Shown here piece after piece: positions 12,201 through 25,421 of a stretch of DNA of 64,000 nt. A program made the position numbers and the translations under genes. Below the pieces are notes generated by a model that was not told the origin of the DNA, did no database searches, and was given only the letters and a program-made list of their open reading frames with translations. This DNA is from the human T2T-CHM13v2.0 reference genome, Homo sapiens. Position 1 is the stretch's first letter. The number at the start of each line of letters is the position of its first letter. Location of the stretch: the NCBI RefSeq assembly GCF_009914755.1, contig NC_060934.1. One strand, written 5' to 3'.

Positions 12201-13429
12201 AACCATGACAACATCATCCAGTTCACTGCAGTTGTCTTATGTTGCCCTGTCTTCTTGTGTCTGGCCAGAAGTGGTACTTAATTAAGGGGGAATAGCTTCT
12301 TTTGGGGGCCATTCTATCCTTGTGCCAGGGATATAGCACCAGCCAAGAGCTGTTTTTTTTTTTTTTATATCATTTTCTGGGTCCAGGCACCTGTTTCTGC
12401 CTTAGCTGTAAATCCCAGGTAAGAATATTCTGTGTGTGGGCACATATGTATGTGTCTGCATACGGGGTTAAGAGCCAAGCACTCCGTGTAGCCATTCCAC
12501 TAACACGTCCAGGCAAGTGATAACAAAAATACACCCAATATAGAAGAAAAAGAAATAGGAAATACAATTTAAAAGTCATCTTGCATTCTGAATGGTGTGT
12601 AGAGATAGCGAGCATGTCTTTCTAACCCACAATTGGGTGTTACGGACAGCCAGAATGTATCATATGATTTTGGAACAGTGTATTTTATGTTTTGAAAGTA
12701 TTCTAAATTTGTAATTCATGACCATTGAATATATAAAAATGGGGTGTGTGTCCTAGTGCCCCATTTAGTTTTTCTCTATCAAGCTAATATGATAATTGTA
12801 TGAGAATTTTTATTGCCAAAGCTGGGAAAACTGCCTTTTTTTCTCCGCTGGCTGCTTTTTGCAGTTCCAGTGATGGGTGTTGGAAGCACCGGTTTTCTCA
12901 CAGAACTCACTGTGCCTTCTATCTCAAGTTCATCATGAGGATGATGTTCCATTCCTAGGAAAGGTATTCCGACTCTAGTGGTGTCAGGACTAGGCTTGGT
13001 TCTGTAGTAACAGAGACTCAGGTATAGTGAATTAAATAACATCAAAGTTTGCTTAGTTCTCATACAAAAGAAGTCCAGTAGAGATAATAATGTAAATTTC
13101 AAGGCAGTAACCATCTTACAGATAGCAATTTTAAATGACTAAAAAAATTGAAAAGAATAAAGCAATTATTTTGAGGTGTTGGAAAGAGACCAAATGCATG
13201 CAGAAATTGGAGGGGATTCAATAATTGAGATAAGGAAGCTACATTGGGATATAACCACGTTGATACAGCTTTTCCTCTGAGGGGACCTCCAGTTCTCAAG
13301 CAGCAACATCTAGAACTCAACCAGAAACTTCAGCTTTTTGGGTTTGAGATGTTAAGAAAACAGAATTCAGGACAGCCATACTGTTTGTGTGTTTGTTTAT
13401 ACTATTTTTCTTTTTTTCCTAACTATTTA

Positions 13430-13558
13430 ATTGTTTATTTATTTTATTTTAGTCTTGCTATGTTGCTCAGGCTGGTCTTGAAATCCTGGGCTCAAGCAAT
13501 CCCCCTATCTCAGCCCCTTGAGTAGCTGGGATTACAGACATGTGCCACTGCACCCACC
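13430..13558 (-). mobile_element. FLAM / Alu monomer
   Basis: Single arm 'gtcttgctatgttgctcaggctggtcttgaaatcctgggctcaagcaatcc...gccactgcacc' with T-rich tail. Confidence 0.85.
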
Positions 13559-13699
13559 TAGGGCATTGGCAATATTTAGAAATGAAGAGGGAAATCTTAA
13601 GTAGAAGGGTAAAACAGAGGAGAGGAGCTTCAAAAATATGCATTCGAGTGCTGAGAAAATCCTTGGTTGGCACTGTGCATTCATGAGGGAATATAAGGA

Positions 13700-14200
13700 A
13701 ACCAGTGGAAACCCACAACTGGAACCCCATTAAGGAATAAAGTTTTGGTCTCAGGATTAAAGGACTCATTTCAGAACAAGGGCAAAACCAACACAGAATC
13801 ACACAAGTGAATCTGTGTGACCATCTTTCCACAAGTACATAGTAATCAACCAGAAATTTAATTGCCTACAAGATCAAAATTCACCACTTTTCTGAGGAAT
13901 CTATAGAATCTCCAAACTTCAATTTTAAAGAGTGTCATTCAAAATTTCAAGTATAAATGAAGATTATTTGACATATGAAGAAACAGGAAAATGTGATTCA
14001 TATTCAAGAGCAAAATAAGTCAATAGAAATAGACTTTAAGAAGAACAAGATGCTGAGATTAACAGATAGGACTTTCAAGGAATTGAAGGAAAAGAACAGT
14101 TGTAATGAATGAAGAGATGGGAACTGTCAATAGAGATATAAAAACTATAAGCAAGAATGCAAGGAAGATCTTAAAAGTGAAAAGCGAAAAATTTGTTGCA
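13700..14200 (+). mobile_element. Ancient L1M 5'/ORF1-region fragment
   Basis: A-rich 'gaaacaggaaaatgtgattcatattcaagag...aagtcaatagaaatagac...gatgctgagattaacagataggactt' typical of L1M; boundaries approximate. Confidence 0.55.
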
Positions 14201-16160
14201 TGAAAATAACTTAATAAGATGAAAATTTATTTCAATTAAAAATGTATTTAACAGTTCTAGGAAACTAATACAATCTCCATCCCACCCCCATCTGCACAAT
14301 TGCTTCTGGAGTCAAGACCCTAGGAGCAAGTAAAGGTCCTTGGCTTAGGACCCCATGGTGTTTCTATCATTGAAATCTTTAGTTGTTTTTAATACTATCC
14401 AACCTGACTTTTCATTCATTGGCTCTAAATGGTTTAATGCAACTTTCCTCACTAGACATGTTTCTAAAAATATTTCATGCAATGTAAAATTGTATATTAA
14501 ATAAAATTTTTAGAGAACTTCTTGACTTTTTATAATACTTAATAAAAGTAGTTGGATAGAAGAAGAAATTAAGATGATGACTATTATATATGATCATATC
14601 GAATATGACCACTGCATTTGTCAATGCACATTTAAATTTTGCTAATTTTTAAAATCATCATTCACAACTAAATTTAAGGATCTCTTCATATGTAGCAGTT
14701 CAATGTATTCAAAAGTAGTATAAAATCAACCAATATGCTGGTACTATGTTTTGATGAGTCAATTAAAACTTCAGTATTAGCCAAATCTAACGATACGAGA
14801 GTTTGCTCATTTCTGTCAAATATTTTAAATCAAACAAAATAGATATGGTGGGAATGGAAAAGCATTTTACAAGCATTTGTATGGTATAAAACAAAGGAAA
14901 TTTCTGGTTGTGAGTGTTTTTCTTTTCTGTTATTAAAAAGTAGTCATGCCTATTTTTTTCAGGGCTGAACAAACTGAAGTGATTTTTAAGAAGCAGAATA
15001 CTCTTCAGTTTCGAAAATGTTATGCAACTCTTCACTTGTGGTATTGGTAAGAGAGCAAGATTTTAAAAATGAAAGAGAACAATTTGATGCCTTAATCATA
15101 AGACTGACGTAATCTGGGTATTGGAATTAGAAACCATGATGATCAACTCGTGATTTGAACTAAAAATAAAACACAGTATTCCAAAGAATGATTGGAGAGG
15201 ATGTAAAACTAATATGACTTAATGTCTTTATTGTCCCTGAAAACAGGAGAATTCATAACAATTGGCTAGGCAGTCAGACAACTTGAATTCTAATTCTAAT
15301 TCTAGTTCTGTTAACTTCAGTTCCGTCCCCGCCCCTTCAAACACAAACAAAAACAAAAACAAAAACAAAATCTTAAGCCAATTGTGGTTTAGTCTTCTCC
15401 TTTACAGAAGAAGCAGGTAGATTCACCAGATCATCTCAAGGCTCTTTTAATGTTCTGTGATTCTATGAATTTGCATAAAATAGGAATTTTTCAAGGATGG
15501 TTTCAGGATAAGAGTTAATATATTCAAATTTTGATTTATGTAAAATGTAGTCAAGGAGTTTTCTAGTTACCATTTAAAGCAATGAGAGTAGATAGGGTTC
15601 ATTTCCCTCTCATGTCATTTGCTAACTCTAAGTTCATAAAGCCTGTAGTGATTTGTTTCAGCATAAATATAGGGTGCATATCTGAGTTGAATACTAAAAG
15701 TCCTCTGGTTGTATAGAACTCACGTTAAGCTCAATGCAGAGAGATCTGATGTTCATATCTCACCTTTAGGCTTTTGTTCTTTGTGTCTCTGTGGAAAAAT
15801 CTTAAATCATAAGCAGGTGTGAGACTGACCCTTATTCTTAGTAGGTTTAAATGATGTAATTTTGAATAGGGGAGATAATATGGAATTGTTTGTGAAGGGA
15901 ATGAACACTGCATAACAAAATCCCAGGTTGCAATTTCAGCCATTATTAACTTTGCAACTTAGGGTTTTATTTGCTTACCTGTACAAGGAGACTCCTAAAT
16001 CTCTTTGGTTCTTTAAATCCCTTTGGTTCTAACACCATAGGGTTGTGTTCCATTTTGATTTAACCTGTCACTTTGGCAATATTCTTCGTATTGCAATTTG
16101 AAATTAAAAACCTGATTTAAATATCAAGCATTTCATGAGCACCAAATAAAAGTAGTCATA

Positions 16161-16443
<283 letters not shown>

Positions 16444-16502
16444 TTACCTTAGATGGAAATTTAACAAGCAAAGCTGAGCTCAATGTAGATTTTACACACT
16501 AA

Positions 16503-16870
<368 letters not shown>

Positions 16871-18100
16871 GGGAGGTTATTTTTAAGATGTCCCTGAAAT
16901 TTATTTTCCAGGTATGTACATTATAACGAAATAACCTGATTGATCTGGGAAACTAGGACACTCACAGAGATATGGTATAGTTTATGCTTAAGTTACATTA
17001 GTAACAACATTAGAACTATTGAAATGACATTGTACCTATTATTATATTTTGGGGAACTCATATTTACATACAGTTTTATACAAAGAGAGCTTATTCAAAG
17101 TTAATAGTTCATATTATTTGCAATATCTTTTTTTTTAAGAGTTGGTTATAAAATGCCACCACAAATAAGCTGTTTAGCTTTCCTAGCTATAGATATGGAG
17201 ATAGAAACGAAACTTTATTTGCCTTAAAGACATTGAGGCAGGATCTCTAGGGTGAATAATTAGATTCTTGTAATTAAATCCGTTTGGAGCTGTTGTTGGT
17301 CATGGCATTTTAACCTCAAACCTTTTGCCTACCTAATGCAGGAATGACTCACTTGGATGCAATGGAGGAATGAATTGTGTAATTGCAAAATTAGGTTGTG
17401 ATTGTTCGTTCATGGGAAATCATTATGCAAGTCAAGAAAATGTAATTTGCTGGTGAACAATTGTTTCTCATTGGGTGAATATGAGTGTGTCTGAGGAGGT
17501 TACACTGGGATTTTCCATTTATTAATTTGGCTTTTTCCAGTATGTTCATTTTATTCACCGTTCAAAAAAAGCTTGCCTTTTTCAAATGCCATCATTCTAT
17601 CTTGAGTTATGGGAAAACATTATTTTTGCAAATATCAGGATGATATAAGTAGTAGACACATTAGGCTAAAAATTCCTTTTGCAGAATTTTACAGATATCC
17701 TTACTCTAATATTTGAAATGGCATAACCTCACTGATATATAAACAGTAGGCACAGTATTTATTAATTAGTTTATTGCCTTCATGACAACAAATATGCTGT
17801 ATAAAAGTGAGGTTGATTTTAATTCCTCGGATGAAAGTACTCTAGGAGCCCAAGCTTGCTTGCTGTTTTGCTAAAAAAGCTAAACATGCTGAAAATATAT
17901 GGAACCATGTTCTTAAATGCCTCAATAATTTGGCAAAAAAGTGTAGAAAGCACTCCATTAAAAGGTGAACACTGAAGATGACTTATAACTTGAGGGCAAT
18001 GGTAAACTTAAATTTAATTTTTATGGTTGTTTGGGGGCCTGAAGGACATCAGATAAATCAGGGCCCTCTCAATGGGGAAAAGTTAAAAAGAGACCTCCTA

Positions 18101-18762
18101 GAAATAGGAATGCTTTTACACTGTTGATGGGAACACAAATTAGTTCAACCATTGTGGAAGACGGTGTGGAGATTCCTCAAAGATCTAGAACCAGAAATAC
18201 CATCTGACTGACCCAGCAACCCTATCACTTGGTATATACACCCAAAAGAATATAAATCATTGTATTACAAAGATACATGCACAAGTATGTTCATTGCAGC
18301 ACTATTCCCAATAGCAAAGACATGGAATCAACCCAAATGCCCATCAATGACAGACTGGATAAAGAAAATGTGGTACATATACACTACGAAAATACTATGC
18401 AGCTATAAAAATGAGTGAGATTATGTCCTTTGCAGGGACATGGATGAAACCAGAAGCCATTATCCTCAGCACAGTAACACAGGAACAGAAAACCAAATAC
18501 CACATGTTTTCACTTATAAATGAGAGCTAAACAATGAGAACACATAAACACAGGGAGGGGAACAACACATACTGGGGCCTGTCTAGGGGTGGGTTGCGGG
18601 GAGGGAGAGCTTTAGGACAAATAGCTAATGCATGCTGTGCATAATACCTAGGTGATGGGTTGATAGGTGCAGCAAACCACCTTGGCACACGTTTACCAAT
18701 GTAACAAACCTGCACATCCTGCCCGTGTACTCCAGAACTAAAAAAAAAAAAAATTAAAAAAA
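18101..18762 (+). mobile_element. 5'-truncated L1PA (about PA8-PA11) 3' end
   Basis: ORF2 C-terminal and 3'UTR sequence, polyA; imperfect TSD aaaaagagacctccta / aaaaagagccttccta. Confidence 0.9.
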
Positions 18763-18789
18763 GAGCCTTCCTAAAGTTGGCACTCAAAG

Positions 18790-19600
18790 TATATACTCTC
18801 AGTTTAATGGACTAGAAATAAACTTATCAATCCTCCCACCAATGGTCTGAAACAAAGGGTGATTGTATTACAAATAGGAAAAAAAAATCTTCCTTAATAA
18901 TTCATTGCTATAAGGTATCCCTCACACGGGTTTGCAACACAAATCCATACTAGTTAATCTGTCAAAGTAATACCACTCTAAATGATCCTGGGCTTATTCT
19001 CTCTCTGGTTTTTTGAAGGAGTAAGTCAAATCTTCTTTGCAAAAACACACAACTTCCTCTCCAGTTCCAAAGAATTTTCACAGGTAAATTCCGAGAAATC
19101 ATGAGCTCTTAGGCAAAAAATTATGACACATACACACAAAACCAAGGCATTATGAATAAGAGGCAGCAGCAAAACAAAGAAAAACTATATATTCAGAAAG
19201 ATTTCTAAAGCTGTAACTATGAGAACACCGTAATTCTATAGTATAAACTCTATATGTATAACATAATTATAGAATCAAGAAGGCATTGGCACTATTTGTG
19301 CCAATAAGCATTATAAAAATGTACAGTATGAAAAATGACCAAGCTGATTTTATAAAGAAATAAATAAGACTTCAAGAAATAAACAATCTGATTAACATGA
19401 AAATCTCAATGAGAATATTTGACAACATATTATTTTAATAAAAAAAATTAGTAAACAGGAAGTTAGCGTTGAGAAAATCCAGAATACAGCACTGAGATAA
19501 GGTGGAAAATATAAAAGAAATATAAGATAATTTTTAATTGATATTTCAAAGGGGAAGAAAGAAAAAAAACACATGCAAGCAATTTTGAAATCCAACTAGG
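18790..19600 (+). mobile_element. Ancient L1M (L1ME-like) 5' region fragment
   Basis: 'ccctcacacgggtttgcaacacaaatcc' and A-rich ORF1-like tract; similar to segments at 44550-45550. Confidence 0.5.
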
Positions 19601-19609
19601 AAAATCCCA

Positions 19610-20783
19610 TTTAATTTCAAGGAGTTTGCCCAGTTGGAGTTCAATGATCCATTAAACCCCATTTAATTTTAGTAATCTTCTGTAGTCTGAGGCTCTGCCC
19701 TCTGGGCCCACAGCTCTATCCTTGAAGTCATCATTTCTTCCTCATGAAGGGTACCATGTGCTTGAAGCTGAGTAGTTTTAATAGTCTGTTTTCTGTTTGT
19801 GTGTTTTGAGAGTCTGACAGGTTTTTTTTTTCTTTTTCATTTTGTCTCCTTTCTGCTTCTCTCAGTCCAAGTTGTCAGGGCATTTACTGACATGCGTGAA
19901 AACCTTGTGGGTCTCCTGTGTAAGTCATAGGGATCACTCTGTTAGATCAGAGGTTTCTCCACAGATCTTTCCTGGATACTCCCATCTATATTTTTAGCTT
20001 TTGCTGAGATAGCTTAAAAGATCCATGAGACAATGGCTAATCCTCCATGTGATGAAACATTTTGACTTTTTGATGGATCTTTCCAAGGTGCTAGCAAAAG
20101 CTGTCTAGGTACACATTGGCTTTCTCTCTAGAGCATGCATTGTGGATAGCAAATCTAATTTAGGATTTTGTTATAATCTGAAAGGCTGAGAATCTCTCAA
20201 TTCATCAAATCCTGTTTCTTTGGACTTCATGTTTTTTCCTCAAATGAGCTCTTACCTCTTAAATTTTTCTATCGGCAGCCAGAGGAAACCAGGCCGCATC
20301 CCTAACACTAGGCTTGGAGATCTCCTCTGCTAAATGCCCAAGTTTATTACTTGCTAGTAGTTTGTTCTCCACATAAGTATAGGACACAACTCATGAGGCT
20401 TTCTTAAACTATGTAACTCGGATCTCCTTCCTTTCAGTTTCCATGAGCATGTCCTACATTTCTTTCTGAGTCTGCACCAGAAGAGCTTTTAACATTCTTC
20501 CTTCTACCAACAGTCTGTTCATGATGATTTAGCTATGCCTGAAGATGCTTTAGGTTTCCCCACCATGCTCCTCACTTCTTTCTGAGTCTTCACCAAGAGT
20601 CTTAACATCCATACTTCTTCTAACCGTTCTTTCAATACAATCTAGACTTTCTATCACGGCCCTCAAAATTGCCCATTATCCTATCCCAAAGCCAGGTTCA
20701 TATTTGTATTTGTTTTGGTTACAGCATTTTTATTGTTTTCATGTATTTGTTACAATGGCACCCCACTCCCAGGTGCCAACATC
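19610..20783 (-). mobile_element. MaLR (MLT1) internal sequence
   Basis: Abuts the MLT1 LTR through 'ccccactcccaggtgccaacatc|tgt', the typical MaLR LTR-internal junction; left boundary approximate. Confidence 0.6.
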
Positions 20784-21263
20784 TGTGTTAGTTTCATATG
20801 ACCTCTGTGACAAAATACCAGAAACTTAGTGGCTTAAAACAACACAAATTTATTCTCTTCCAGTTCTTGGGTTCAGAAGCCCAAAGTCAGTATCACTAAA
20901 GTCAAGATTCTAGTAGGGCTGCTTCTTTTGAGAAGGAGTAGGAGGAGAAACAGTTTCCTTGCCTTTTTTAGCATCTAGAGGCTGACTGCATTCCTGGGCT
21001 TGTGGTCTTTTCCTCACATCACTCCAATATCCTTTTCCCGTTATCACACCTCCTATTACTGACTGTGACCCTCCTGCCCCCTTCTTATAAGACTTTGTGA
21101 GTATATTGAACCCATCTGGCTAAAACAGGAAAATCTTCCCATCTCAATTTACTTAAGTTAATCACATCTGTAAAGTCCCTTTTACTATGTATTGTAACAT
21201 ATTTATGGCTTTTGGGGGTAAGAATGTGAACATCTTGGGGCTACCTTTATTCAGTCTACCACA
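20784..21263 (-). mobile_element. MLT1 (C/D-like) LTR
   Basis: 'aaacttagtggcttaaaacaacacaaatttattctc...aatcacatctgtaaagtccc...attcagtctaccaca'; TG...CA termini. Confidence 0.88.
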
Positions 21264-21431
21264 GTAGATAAAATAAAATACTAAAAGCACTCAATTCAAA
21301 AAAAGGCAGATAAACAGAGAAGAATAGATGAGGCAACTGGAAAGCATATATAAAAATTTATGCTACAACTCTAACATATTCGTAATTACATTAGTGGAAA
21401 AGCCTCTAGACCTTCCCAGTGACCAACAGAG

Positions 21432-21746
21432 AAAACCAGATTGGAAACAAAGCAAGAATCAACTATGTATTGGCTACAGGAAACAAACTTTAAATAAAAG
21501 GCAATGATAGACTAAAGGTAAAAGGATTATACAATGTGGTAAAAACCAAATTGGAAACAAAGCAAGAATCAGCTACGTATTGGCTACAGGAAACAAACTT
21601 TAAATAAAAGGCAATGATAGACTAAAGGTAAAAGGATTATACAATCTGGTAAAAACCAAATTGGAAACAAAGCAAGAATCAACTATGTATTGGCTACAGC
21701 AAACAAACGTTAAATAAAGGCAATGATAGACTAAAGGTAAAAGGAT
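21432..21746. repeat. Tandem repeat, 110-bp unit x ~2.9
   Basis: 'ttggaaacaaagcaagaatc' recurs at 21441, 21551, 21661; copies differ at only a few positions. Confidence 0.97.
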
Positions 21747-22497
21747 AGAAAAAGAGATATACCATGCGAAAGCAAATCATAAGAAACCTGAAATCATTAT
21801 GTTAATAGTAGTTAACATAGTCTTTATTATAAAAAATCTCCCTTTATGCCCACTAATATTCCTTCTTCTGGGTCATAAAGACATAATCATTTTAAACATG
21901 CATACACTTGATAGCAGAGCTTTCAAATACATGCAGAAAGCCAAACACAAAAGCACAAAGAGGAAAAAGACCTATTGCCTTCAGGGCAGGAATACAAATC
22001 CTGATAGCTAACATCTCACTTTAAGTAATTGAAGCCAGAGAAGATGGAATGAATATTTAAAGTGATGAAACAAATAACTACTAACCTGGGGTTCTATGTT
22101 CAATGTAATTATTCTTTAAAAGTGAAGGAAGACAATAAAAAATACTTTCCTCTAAGCCTGCACTATATGTGTGTGTGTGTGTGTGTTTGTATGTGCACGT
22201 TTATGTGTAATTCTTCAAAGGAAAAGATTTAAGATCAATTCACAAAATAAAGGAGGGTAAGAGGAAATATATAAATAAAGAAAAATGAATCTTGACCATA
22301 GCAACAATAATACCTCACTGTGTTTAGAAAAATTCTGACCAATCTCCATCTTGGAAAAAGATGCAAAAGTCCAATAAAATTATTAGCCAATCAAATCAAG
22401 ATTAGCATTCAAAATATATCTAGTTGGGTACATTATTCAATCAAAGATTGCTTGAAAATTAGAAAATCAATTCATATTATCCACCTCATACAACAAG

Positions 22498-22860
22498 GTG
22501 ATTAGTTTCTCACCAAATTTATACTTACTTCTTCCTGGGCACCAAGCTATAGAATATTTCCCATGTGGCTGAGTTTTATCCAAAATCACATGAGACAGAC
22601 CGGTGTGTGCAAATTCCAAGTCTGACCTAGAAAACCTACCACGTGTGTTTCTCCTTATTCCTGGGTTGCAGTGGTGATAACTAGTATCAAATTGATGTTG
22701 AAAAACAAATGTTGGAAGGATCACTGTCAGACTGTCTCTAAATGACTCTTCAGAGGAGAGAGATGTCTTCAGCAACCTCATTACCTATCCTGACCTTAAC
22801 TTGGATTATGTTTGAACTACTATATGTTTAGTTAATTAGGAATTAACATACTCCAACTCA
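22498..22860. mobile_element. Possible old MaLR (MLT1-class) LTR interrupting the L1M
   Basis: Compositional break in the L1; 'cttcttcctgggc...atttccca...tgtggctgagtt' resembles MLT1J/K-type LTRs. Confidence 0.4.
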
Positions 22861-25231
22861 CCATATTCACAGATTGAAGGAAAAAAATCAAATACAGAGA
22901 TAGTTTCGTGAAATTTAACATCCGGTCATAATAAAATCTGACAAGCTAAAAACAGGCATTTTTTTTTACTTTTATAATTTTTGCATACACTATCCCTCTC
23001 AAAACAAAAGGACAAAAACGTAGAGCAAACATCTTACTTTATGATAATAATACTGACCTTGATAGTGTAGTGAAAAAATAAAAGAAAATAAATAATATGA
23101 AGTCTGAAAAGGATGAAATGAAAATAACATAAATTTTTATCATAAAAAAGGATTTTTAAAATTTATAAAACATCTTTATTGTGACTAGATTGAAAAATCA
23201 TGTACAAAAATCAGTTATATTTCTGAGCAATCAACATAAGCAGCAAATGTATTTGCTACCTCTTCTAATAGCTTTGGATATTAAAATAACCTCGGAATTA
23301 ATCTTACAAAATGTTTTTGAAACACTTTATCTAAAAAACTTTATGAAAGAATGTTTTCCCTTTAGGAAAAAGAAAGCCCCAGAAACATGGCAGTTTCCAC
23401 CAAAATTAATATAAACACTCAATGCAAACTTAATCAGGACAGGTTTGTGCATGTCTCTGTGTGCATATAAACTTAACAAGCTGATTCTGAAATTGATATG
23501 GGAGAGCAGAAAGCCAAGAGTGGTGCAGACAGTTCTGAAGAAGAACTAAAAGGTGGAGGTAATTTACCCTCCAGATGTCAAGATTAATTTTGAAGCTATA
23601 GTAATTAAGACTATTATATTGATTAAGGAGTAGATTAATTGATCAATAGGACAAAATACAGAATACAGATACAGATCCACTAACATGGAAACTTGATTTA
23701 TGGCAAAGCTGTTATTACAGATCACTGCAGATTGATGGCTCTTTTATTAAATGAGGCTGGGAGAATTGGCTATTAATACTAAAAAAAAAAAAAAAAAAGG
23801 ACCCTTGTCTCACATTTCACAAAAATTAATTCCAGAGAAATAAAAGACCATTATGTGAAAGGTAAAACTATAAAACTTTTTATAAAGTACATTTTATAAA
23901 ATATTAGAAAATATTTTCAGAAATATTTGTGACCTTGGGATAGAAAATGATTTACTAAACAAGAAGCAAGAAGTGCAGTCAATAAAAGAAAAAAATGATA
24001 AATTTTAACACATAAAATAACATCTGTATATCAAATGTAATAATGCATAGTGTGAAAAGACAAGGCATAACATTGAAGAAAATATCTGTAACACATACAA
24101 TTCCCAAAGGATTATTATTTAGAATCTCTCTCTCTTTATAGAAATAGACAGATAAATAGTAAATATTAATACATATTCATATATATGTGTGTATATATAT
24201 GTATATAAATGAGGCAATGAGATATAATCATTAGAAAAATCAGACGAAAACTCCAACAGATATTTCACAAAAGAAGAATCAAGAATGACTATAGGAGAAA
24301 AAAGTTCAATCTAATCAGTTATCAAAGCAAATGAAAAATTTTTTAATGAGTTGTTTACATCTCTCTGATTGGCAAAAATTTAAATGTCAAACAATATTGA
24401 ATCCTGATGAAGTTGTAGGTCGCTGGAATACTTTTGATGGTTGTTGGGTATGTAAATTGACATAATTGTTTTGGAAAGCCTTTTGAAATTATTAATAAAC
24501 TTAAATATGATTATGCTTTGTGACCTAGCAATTCTATTCAAAGGTGTGTGTGTGTGTGTGTATACACATCGAATATATATAGTGAATATGTGTATTTTAT
24601 ATGTAATTTATTTTTATATTTATTTTATAATTTATATTTATATACATGTTTTAGTATATAAATTATATATATAATATATATAACTTTTTGTAAGTGCACC
24701 AAGAGTGTTTATCACAGAATATTTTTAATAGTGGAAAACTGAAAACGACAAATATCCACAGCAGTGGAATAGAAAAATAAACTGGAGTATATTCATCTAA
24801 TGGGATACTTATTTAGCAATGACATTGAAAAAGTTATAGCTACATGTAACAGCATGAGTGAAACTCAGAAATGTAAAAAGGCTTGTCAAGAATGTCCAAA
24901 AGCCTATTAAGAGGGAAACATTGAATTTAAATAAAGTTGGAAAATGTGAAAAACCTAATAACACACCGTTGGAGGGATGATGTTTCAGTGGTCTCCAAGG
25001 TGGTTAACCGGACCTTCGATAGTAATGGCATCTTGCCTCCATCCTTTCTCTCTAGTTTCCTAATTCTCTCTGGAAAGCAGATGTATTTCCATTTATTCTG
25101 CCCCATCTACAACCAATGGTAACATTTGCAGAAAACTTTTATAAGTTCACTGTGAAGCTCAGATGTGGGGGAACATAGAATTAGGCGAGGGGATCCAAGC
25201 AGTACTCAAGTTCACAGTCGTGTGCTCTTAG

Positions 25232-25421
25232 ATCAGTTTCTCAGCCTTGACACTATTGATATTTGTGCTGGAAAAATCCTTTGCAGGGACTGTTGTGTGC
25301 AATGTAGGATATTTGGCAGCATTTCTGAGCTGTATACATTAGGTATCAGTCTCCAGACATTGTCTGATATCCCCCGAGAGTCGGGGGTGATGGGTAAGTT
25401 ACCCATGGTCGAAGACCATTG
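25232..25421. mobile_element. MER20 (hAT-Charlie)
   Basis: 'ttctcagccttgacactattgatatt...tgtaggatatttggcagcat...gtctccagacattg...gaccattg'. Confidence 0.82.

Larger units (their letters stand above)
21264..24880 (+). mobile_element. Fragmented ancient L1M (endonuclease/ORF2 to 3' region)
   Basis: EN-like 'caactatgtattggctacaggaaac...ggtaaaaggat', ORF2-like 'aagctgattctgaaatt', 'aagctatagtaattaagac', 'gacctagcaattcta'. Confidence 0.7.

Noticed and set aside
21432-21746. CRISPR-like periodicity (also 59170-59245)
   Set aside because: Head-to-tail tandem duplications with no unique spacers, in primate DNA with no cas genes
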